Assembly: GCA_048128005.1 (NCBI GenBank)
Contig: JBEUKZ010000066.1
Span: 310,001 to 369,546, forward strand
Direction: 5' to 3'
Source: Veleropilina oligotropha
Taxonomy: Eukaryota
Length of the DNA: 59,546 bases
The position numbers and the translations under genes are program-made. The notes below the pieces were generated by a model. That model was not told the DNA's origin. It made no database searches and saw only the letters and a list, made by a program, of their open reading frames with translations. Positions 24,281-33,360 of the stretch are shown piece by piece. How positions within the stretch are numbered: the first letter of the stretch is position 1; every line of letters begins with the position of its first letter.

Positions 24281-25647
24281 CGATGGCTAGGCATTCCTAG
24301 AGTGTCGAACATCATATTTATCTAAAAGTGGCCGAAGCCAGTGAATGTCATCGAATACTAAAATATGGCACAATATGACCAAATATTCGAATATTGCACA
24401 ATAATCAAACAAAAAAACAGACAGTTTTAACCTTAATTAATTCAAGTATCACATTCCATATGTTGTAACATATATTTTGTCGCTGACGTCTTGCTCTACA
24501 GGTGGCTTCTTTAAGTTTATTGGTATAAACTATCTATATTTTCTCTATAAAAATATCCTAACCTAGATGTATCTTTGTTTACCATACCCAAATCTAACGA
24601 TATTTTCTCATTAAATTATGTAACACGCAACCGTAAAATATTTTTAACAATGTATTTCTATTTATTTTTATTTGTCAATTTGTTTGCATTTATTCCGATA
24701 ACGAATTAATATTTGTTATTAATTTCTTTATTCCGTATACAAAACTCTTTATTTCGACCATCAACTGTATCAAATTAATCCCGCCATAACAAGATTTGTG
24801 CGATTTTCCTTCTCTTCATCAGCTTATTCTGTCTCACGTCAAATTGTTTGCCCCAATCATTGAACATTATTATCAGATGACGGGGCCGTTACTAGTAGGA
24901 TAGCTCTAGTTAGGGTCGACGATAAATCCCTATAACGGCCCGCTCATCAGCGGGCCGTTATTTCCATTAGGGCCCGCCGTTTTGTCACGTGACGTGTGAG
25001 TATGTGATCGGTGCCATTTTCGCAAAGTCTAGCAGACGACATTTACAATTACTAGTTATTTGAGGATTTACCGATGAAATATAGGAAAGGATGGTATTTT
25101 CTTCCAAAATCGTAGTCGTATTGTCATCAAAATAAGGTAAGAGATTGCATGATCTTATAACCATGTGTCGTTTATAAGAACTGTAATATTTTTTTAGTTC
25201 TGAAGAACGCATAGAAGACCAGACTAAATTCGTTCGCCAAATGATAAAAAAACCCCAGAAATCATGATAAATGTGTCGGCTTTGTAAATGATATCATTTA
25301 TAAACAAGTTTTAAGAATGATTTTGATAAAAATGCAACTTTAATGTGTTAATTTCCATCGAAAATTGATTCGAAGCGACAACAAAATGGCTGCCACTTTG
25401 AAATGAAATTAACACACGTAAAGTAACCATAATTTACGTCCGGAAAAATCTTTTTGCGCCCACTAAAGTGCAAACTACCTTTTATAGTATCTGATAATAA
25501 TAGTAATAACATGGTTTTGGCGGGCGTCGGTCTGTTTTATTGGCCCTTCATGAATGATTATCCAGTCAAGACTGTCGGGCCAATAATCATTCATGTCGGG
25601 CCAATAAAACAGCACGACGCCCTTCAAAACCATGTTATTGTTATATT

Positions 25648-25900
25648 GGCTGCCCCTGTAGTTGTGTAATCTCGACTACCCACTCTGAAATCACTGACTT
25701 GAGTGCTCTCGCAAACACGATGCGTTCGAATCTCGGTTGGGCAGTGCCTTTTTTGTTCAGCCACCAACCACAGTTGTCCGTAACTGACCAGAAAGTGCGG
25801 GTTTCTTGGACGATCGGGTTTTCCTCCTGCAATATGGATATGTCCTGGTTTGAACCTGATGATTGTATTAAAATACAGGTCCTGCAGGACTTTTAGCATC
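25648..25900 (+). mobile_element. tRNA-derived SINE (V-domain-like family)
   Basis: B-box GTTCGAATC, CACAGTTGTCCGTAACTGACC, GGGTTTTCCTCCTGCAATATGGATATGTCCTG. Confidence 0.75.
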
Positions 25901-27483
25901 GACCAAATCCAATTCTACATGCTACGATTTAAACATGCGTTAATAAACGTCGCATCTTAAGAAATAATTCAGTCTATGGTCAACGTCACAAGTGCACGAA
26001 CAATATGTTTCATGCATGGTTGATCCAGGTAGTTCTCTATCTTTCAATTTTATAATGTAGTTCAAAGGAAGCATGCTAATCTGAATTTATTGGATACATG
26101 TGCTTATTGAACGTTACACCCAGATTTTAACCATTTTGGGGGCTGGCATTGTTGTTTCATTGACTGATATGTCGGGTAGATTGGTTGTGTTCGTGAAATG
26201 GGAATGAAAATGCATAATTTCTGTGGTGGTGTCGGTCAGCATGTTTGAACCCACGTTGGCAGTCGTCCAGTTGTATGATTTTCAAGTGACGTTAGTTATT
26301 CTAAAGCACAATATATGTTCGCATATCATTATGGTACAAGTCAATAATCTTGAAAAGTCTTTAGCTGTCATTGGGTGCGTCAGAATTAACCACGATTTCA
26401 CATCGTATGTCGTGGCATGTGCAACCGGTTTTAATTCTTGAAGCTCGCAGACCATCACATTATAAAGGTTTTCACCTTTAAATGACATGACTGGAGACGA
26501 GATGATGCAAATTTATATGCAATTTGTATCCAGAATGATATCATTGTCTCATCCTTATAACATAAGTATTAGAGTTTAGGTCTTTTGCCATGATTAATAA
26601 AACAACCTGAGTGTATGTCGGGGCTTACTGCGATCTTTGAGATACTCGACACTATCAACATACAACTTTTCTTGTATTTTCATTTCGCCAGCGTAACGAT
26701 TTACGTGGACAATGTACGCTTTTCATAACTGGAAATCAATAATTATTGCATTTAAGGTTTGTGCTCCGACTAAGACTTCGTGTTCATTGAATCGAAAATA
26801 ATTCCGACGTTTTATTAGTATTGTGTATAATAACAGACACATCCACGTGAAAATCCAGACTGTTCTGATCTATCCGCAATATTAACTGATCAGAATTTGT
26901 CAAATATGATCTCTGTCAAAAGAACCAGAATTCACATTCCAGAACTAAAACCCTGTTAAACCATAACCCTATTTCTTTACATGATGTTAAACTAACCATG
27001 TTGACAATTAGACCAACTAGCCTAACTTCGGACACTATTAATGAGTTTGTTCTGTAAATATAACCATAGTCAGCTAATATAATCAGTTAATATTTTATAA
27101 TGGTTTAAGTCGGTTATAGACCTATCACTCGGGTTTTGTTGTCTAATCGAGGAGGCACACGCGTAACACTCGACGCTTGGTGTCTCTTGGTTTAACTGTT
27201 GACTTATCCGTTTAGAGCCCGATTATAGACAAAGACAATATCGTGGCATAACCCACACATTACGCACGAAGCTATATATGTATACGTGTCCATAGGGAGG
27301 CAAGACTACGACGGATTATGGTGAAGCAACAGTAAGCCACGTTTAAGATTAGTATAAGTATATGTCGGTCGTAAAGTATTTACATTCCTTGTTAAACGAG
27401 GTCAAATAGCACGCCGTGTTACCAACTACGGTATTTCTTGGGGAAAATTAATACCACTTATGCTTTATAGTTCATGTGTTTAA

Positions 27484-27734
27484 AGGCCGGGGTGCCACTA
27501 AAAAAAGGGGCTAGCCAGTGGTCTGGTCATTTCTGACTTGGAAACCGATCAGACCACATCGATTGGTTGCCACATGGTTAAAACAAAAGAAATCCAATTA
27601 CGAAGTGTGTTTTTAGTTGTTTGAGCAATTATCACCTTCAGACTTCACATGCCAACTTGTAAACCCGCCGATATTAGGCCACGCCTCCAACGCCTGAGCA
27701 AAATCTTCGACCAGGGGGTCATTTTTCCGGGCCT
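27484..27734. mobile_element. TTAA-specific MITE (Kolobok-like)
   Basis: TTAA|AGGCCGG...CCGGGCCT|TTAA (TSD 27480-27483, 27735-27738); similar ends and size to 59268-59532. Confidence 0.7.
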
Positions 27735-28479
27735 TTAAATACTAGTACTACTTCCATAATCGTATATAGTTTTATAGATACCACCATTACCTCTTTCTGT
27801 AAACACGGGAAAGACAGATATATTTCTTATTGGCATAATAAAGGATGTGCGCATGTCTGTGTGTGCTTAGAGCAGCGCATCATATTGATTCTGTACATAT
27901 GCATATATTTATTGTCCCACGTAGGCCTACTTTAATATTTACGGTATGTGAATTCGTATCCGTGTTTTCTTTGGAGGAATGCGGCGACACCATCACTACC
28001 GGCATGGTAGATTCGAGCGGAGGACTGGAATCAGTACGATTTATTGCATGGGAGTAGCGCCCATACCAAATTAGCAACTGGGAGGTCCTCGTATCAATGC
28101 AATTCGATCGCACATCGATAGGCCTACATTCAAAACATGAAAATTAATATATTTTTTTTTTTTCGATCAAGTTTAACATGTTTCTCATGCATAACCACAG
28201 TTAACTGTCTCTGTTACAGGACAGCTAGCTTGTTTAAGTTATACCTTCCATTAATTTTAAGCCTTAGAAATATCCACGTCGGTAATTGGAGATTGTTTAC
28301 TAGGCGATATAGTTTACATAATTGCTTATATAGGCAATATATGGTTAACAATAGAGGCTGAATGTGGTCAACATTGACCTATGCGCGATGTAGATATCAA
28401 TATCGGAGATAACAATGAAATAAGGTCACGAGTTTATGATCCACGTTTTGGGTTCATTCGGTTGATATCTATGCTTAAT

Positions 28480-28982
28480 GCCATGGTTTTAACAACCTTC
28501 ATGTTCATATCATGACATGTTCATATTATCGCGGGAGGAAATCCCGGGAAACCCACCCTCTCCGATCAGCTATGAACAACTGTAGCTTGTGTTATGTTTA
28601 AATGATTGATAATGCTCAAATTTATTGTTTATCTAGTTAATTAATCTTGTATAATGTTTTGATAACTCTGTCTAAGCTGTGTACTTTCCGTACTGGGCGA
28701 GAAGACTTACATAGACTTGTCCTGTTGTCCAATCGTCGCACACGATTCTTGTACTCATACAGCCATGTATTTGATACATCTGTGCATTTATTAACACTTT
28801 GTCAAATGTATTGTCTGTATGTATATAATGTGATTCGATAAAATATTGTTTAATCTAACTGTAGCTGGTAACTGAAAATAAAGAATGGCAGGTCCCAACC
28901 GAACTTCGAACGCACTCCTGTTAGGCAAGTGAGTGAATTCGACGTCCACAGTCTTATCCACTCGGCTACTAGAGAAGCCGAC
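28480..28982 (-). mobile_element. SINE (V-domain-like family) apparently split by ~300 bp of unrelated DNA
   Basis: Body at 28480-28585 (ATATTATCGCGGGAGGAAATCCCGGGAAACCCACCCTCTCCG). Head-like part with GTTCGAA at 28885-28982. Confidence 0.55.
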
Positions 28983-29502
28983 CACGTTCTATAACTCTAT
29001 TTATAACACTTTGTATAACACTTGATGGAGTACGTAAGAATACTATCGTAACCTTTATCAAAGGAACAAAGAGATTTAAATAATTTCAAACACCAACTTA
29101 TGCAATGATTTTCTCTGATTTTTGTTTTTATTTTTGTTTTAATCAATGTTTATAAAGTCAATGTAATAAACTAATATTATTATTTTCGTTTATGCATACA
29201 CACGTGAGTATGCAATAATATGCAAATGGTTAGTTTAGCTGTGTATTATCTGCGTATAGAGCGTGTGATTGCAATATTCACTCGTGCATTGTTAAATTTA
29301 CAATGTATAATATGTCACTGCGAAAATGTACCTGACACACGGCGAGACGATTCACATAGGCTGTCCTGTTATCAAATCGCCGCATTTATATTATGTTCAA
29401 TATTGTCATATCATACCTGTCATATCATTGTATATCGTGATAATATGCTTGTATAAGAATGCAACCCATATAACATATTGTTAAAATAAACTACTATCGT
29501 AA

Positions 29503-29962
29503 AGACAAGGCAATTGGATATTGCAATCCTTCGCCACGGAGGCAAGGAATACCATGGTCATAGCCAGAAATCTCTGCGACAAATAGTTTATTCACTATAG
29601 CGAAATGGCGAAAATCGGAAATGACGTCAAAAGCTTCTGATCCTGATCCGGACTTCGATAACTTTGTGTATTTCCAGGTTTACTGGTGTTCTAAACTTTA
29701 TATATGTATGGTGAAAGTTATAAATATCTACGACTAATAGTTTACACAATGAGAGGAAAATACGAAAACTGGAAATGACGTCAAACTTACGGATCCTATC
29801 CGGATTGGGGATTTTTGTGTGTTTCCAGCTTTACTGGTGTTCTTTAATTACGTTATGCCAGAATTTGAAGAAAATCGGACAAGTAAACATCGAGAAACAG
29901 TCGCGGACAGACAGACCTACCCAATTTCAATACCCACCATTGCATGGACGAAGGTAATAACA
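29503..29962. mobile_element. HINE/Helentron-like non-autonomous element
   Basis: ACAAG end followed by hairpin GCAAT...ATTGC, CCTTCG / CGAAGG subterminal inversion, two ~155-bp core units (GGAAATGACGTCAAA), ACAG microsatellite. Related core at ~38985-39150. Confidence 0.65.
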
Positions 29963-31349
29963 TACGCGTTCAGGAATACAATGGCATCATGATTTTGGAT
30001 TAAAATAGAATAAGGTAAAGCTGTAGTAAAGTAATATTCAGTGTGAGAATTTATGGCTAATACTGGTTTCATAAAAGTTGTTTTCTGGCGTGTTTTGAAT
30101 TTACGCAGAACTTGGACAGTTTGTTATTCCGTACAATGGAAAGATGGCTGTTCGATAGTTGAGTGATAAAAACGTTCCCAATTCATTCGCTTGAGAAGGT
30201 TGCTCCACAGGAGTGGGTTCGAGTCATTGGCTGGTAACTTTGTGGAGCTATTATAGTCTCAGTTGTTCATTACTGGCCTCTCGTGATCCTCCCGCGACAA
30301 CACGGACCTCTCCGGGTATGATGGTTAAGGTATTAAAATGAACACTAAGCATCGATCAATGTTTCATGAAAAGTGTTTATTTATCTTTCCTTCAATTTTT
30401 ACATTTGTTAACGAAAGTTCAATTACCTTTAAGATTCTGAAAAAATATTCTTTATTCACAGTTCGACGTGTAATGACCAATGTAGGACTTGTTCTACAAC
30501 CTCATTGTGCCTATATTCATACAGGGTACATCATTAAGAACAAAATCTCCCGCCTCCCGCCATCTCGTGGATTAAATTTTAAACATTATAATATTGTAAA
30601 GGCAAACTGGTTAAATATTCACACAAAATAGCAACACCTGTTCATTTTGACGATAGGATGTAGTGTCACCAGATACAACATTCAAATAAACGTTTAGGAT
30701 TAATTATTTTGACATGTTTGCAAACAAATTTCAGCCAACACGTCTGAAACCGAAATATGTACGTAAAGCTTTAAGATGCTGCAAAAATAACTTACCTACT
30801 TGGCCCAAACGGACAATATAATTCCATTATCGTATGAACAAATATGTCAATATTGTTTCAGGTATCGTATGGTTTGTCGTTTTGTGATTCAATTGTGATT
30901 CAATGCATTTCAATAAGATCTTCAATTTGCATTATAAATTCATTAGATTAGTAGCCAATAACACATATAACGCGCACACACCTGATTTTTAAGTTCTTAA
31001 ATATTTGAAAATTTGAACAAAATGGTACAATAAACATTTATCAATACATTTAATTTTAAGCTGCGCATGGTTACACAGTTATAATAACCGTTATAGACGA
31101 AATCCAGCAATTTAGAGTAAAATATTTACATGAAAAGTATCATCATCGTAGAATCCGGCAGCACATACTGTAAACTGCTATTTCTTACATTATTTTTCAA
31201 TAATTCAAACCAACCTTATATTAAATACCCAAACCGTAACCCTAAATATTATTGAAATGTGCATAAGATCATTAACCACCTCATGTGAACCTAGTAATTA
31301 TAGACCTATTTCTTTAACTAGAGTAGTACACATGTCTGTTTAAAACATT

Positions 31350-31497
31350 TGACCTTTTGACCTTTGGATGACCCTGAGGTGCCCTTGAATGTAGGTCAGC
31401 ATCATGGGGTGTACGACCTTTTGATGACCCTGAGGTGCCCTTGAATGGATTAATCAGCATCATGGGGTGTACGACCTTTGGGTGACCCCGAGGTGAA
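31350..31497 (+). repeat. Subterminal direct repeats of the Polinton terminus (~2.5 x 53-55 bp); mirrored at ~33951-34098
   Basis: GATGACCCTGAGGTGCCCTTGAATG...TCAGCATCATGGGGTGTACGACCTTT twice, plus a partial third unit. Confidence 0.9.
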
Positions 31498-31614
31498 CCT
31501 TCCCTTTATATATGAATAGAAGTGAATTCACATGATGTAAAAATAGACTGAGATCCCTGCATCCCCTGTCCTGAGAATTATAGAACATATTGGGGTATAT
31601 GAGGATCATATTAG

Positions 31615-31710
31615 CCAATGAGCGTGTCGTAGTGACGTGACGGCAATCAGTGAAATCATGGTCTAAAAATAGCCTTTTCCCACTATATAGAGTGAGCAGT
31701 TATCATCATT
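31615..31710 (+). promoter_or_regulatory. Putative Pol II promoter of the PC4-like gene (mirrored on the right arm)
   Basis: CCAAT 31615-31619, CRE/ATF-like TGACGTGA 31633-31640, TATATA 31684-31689, Inr-like TCATT 31706-31710, ATG 31732. Motif arrangement only. Confidence 0.5.
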
Positions 31711-31731
31711 CAGAAAGAATTATTGACAGAG

Positions 31732-32274
31732 ATGGCAACTATGAGTACGTCTAGATGCCAGCTAGATATTGGCGGCAATGTGTTTGTGACGGCAACTCCA
31801 TGGCAAGAAGAAATACTGATTCACATTCGAAAGTACGAGATGAGTGACAAAGGCAAGACATTTCCTACCAAGCGAGGGATAGCCTTGATGCTAAAGCAAT
31901 GGATCGAGTTGGTGGCACATGTGAAATCCATCGATGACACAATCGCAACATTGAAGCAGGGGGACGAAGACAAATTATTTCATCACCTCGGTGCAAATAT
32001 GCATGTGTCTGTTGACAAAATGTATATGGGTGTGAATATCCATCAGTGGTGGTGGTGTGAGGAGACCAAGTCATTGAAACCATCCAAAAAGGGGATTCTG
32101 CTCACTATAGATCAGTGGGAAAAGTTAAAATATGCTATCACTATCTTACCAGACTTTGTTCCTGAAGTCAATTTGGTGACTCCTTGTGCCATACAACAAG
32201 ACCATCAGAATCAGCTGGGATATTTGCAGTGCTCGTTTTGCAATCCAAATGACTGCAATGCTTGGAATTACTGA
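31732..32274 (+). CDS. Tandem PC4 (transcriptional coactivator p15/Sub1-like ssDNA-binding) domain protein with C-terminal Cys/His motif
   Basis: IHIRKY..KTFPTKRGIALMLKQWIEL and VNIHQWW..LKPSKKGILLTIDQWEKLK both resemble the PC4 IREY..PGKKGISL..EQW..L signature. C-x5-H-x8-C-x2-C at the C-terminus. First ATG is 31732. Confidence 0.85.
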   Translation: MATMSTSRCQLDIGGNVFVTATPWQEEILIHIRKYEMSDKGKTFPTKRGIALMLKQWIELVAHVKSIDDTIATLKQGDEDKLFHHLGANMHVSVDKMYMGVNIHQWWWCEETKSLKPSKKGILLTIDQWEKLKYAITILPDFVPEVNLVTPCAIQQDHQNQLGYLQCSFCNPNDCNAWNY

Positions 32275-32375
32275 TGACATTATATGTTTGTGAGTATTAC
32301 TATGTATTAGACAGTTCATATGCAACTGTGAGTTACTATTTAAAATGCTATTCCCAAGAGTTGATACCATTCAGG

Positions 32376-32621
32376 ATGTCGACCGCAGGAGAGACTGTTG
32401 TGGAAAACAATCTACCCGAAATAAGAACATCAAAGGCTAAAGGAAAATGGACCATTCGATTTGTTGTGGTATTGTTAATGTGCACATCAATTGGAATTAC
32501 CTACCATAAAGGAGAACTCTGTGTGTCACCATTGTCGGAGACCGGGACAACAGCATATCTTGCAGCATATCTTGCAGTGAAAAACACCACAGACGTTATC
32601 AATGGAACAGACATAACATGA
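32376..32621 (+). CDS. Small putative single-pass membrane protein of the Polinton
   Basis: 81 aa from ATG 32376. Basic stretch, then hydrophobic WTIRFVVVLLMCTSIGITY, then C-terminal sequons NTT and NGT. Lies between two genuine element genes; AATAAA near 32748. Confidence 0.45.
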   Translation: MSTAGETVVENNLPEIRTSKAKGKWTIRFVVVLLMCTSIGITYHKGELCVSPLSETGTTAYLAAYLAVKNTTDVINGTDIT

Positions 32622-32799
32622 TTATTATGATGAAATCGCTATTGATTATTATGAAGAAATTATTGTTGTGTTTATTGTCTAAACAACTCACTACAAAACA
32701 AAGATTTGTGCAAATTGTATTCATAATTGCTTTTGTCAATCGATGTCAATAAAATTATTGTATATAATGTTGTGTTCATACATTGTTCTTTAATAAGTC

Positions 32800-33360
32800 A
32801 TGAGCATGGCAGAAGAGTATTTGAAAAAGCTGTGGTATGATCCAAAACGTGGGTTTACTGGCCCCGATAAGCTGCATAAGATTATACAAAAGGAGAAAAA
32901 ATTCAGAATTAGTAAGAAGAAAATTACGCAATGGTTGCTAGATCAAGATGCTTACAGTTTACAAAAAGGAGTGATACGGAAATTCAAGCGAAGTAGAGTT
33001 ATAGTGGCAGGAATAGATTCGATGTTTGATGGTGATTTAGCCGATATGCAAAATGTATCCAAATACAACGATGACATTACATTTTTGCTCATAGTGATCG
33101 ATGTGTTTTCCCGCTATTTATGGGTCATTCCTGTAGAAAACAAATTGGGAAAAACGATCGTCGATGCACTCCGAACTATATTTAAACAGGGGAGAAAGCC
33201 TAATATGATTCGGTTTGATAAGGGAAGTGAATTCAATAATAAGTGGGTAAAACCTTATCTATCATCCGAAAATATTAGGCTTTCTCCCCTGTTTAAATAT
33301 AGTTCGGAGTGCATCGACGATCGTTTTTCCCAATTTGTTTTCTACAGGAATGACCCATAA
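32800..33360 (+). pseudogene. Polinton retroviral-type integrase, truncated by the fold-back
   Basis: WYDPKRGFTG, DLADM (first catalytic D), LIVIDVFSRY, RFDKGSEF (second D). Homology stops at ENI (~33276); the rest is read-through into the inverted copy and the catalytic E region is missing. Confidence 0.92.

Noticed and set aside
26223..26488. Possible decayed coding region
   Set aside because: No motif I can recognise on either strand.
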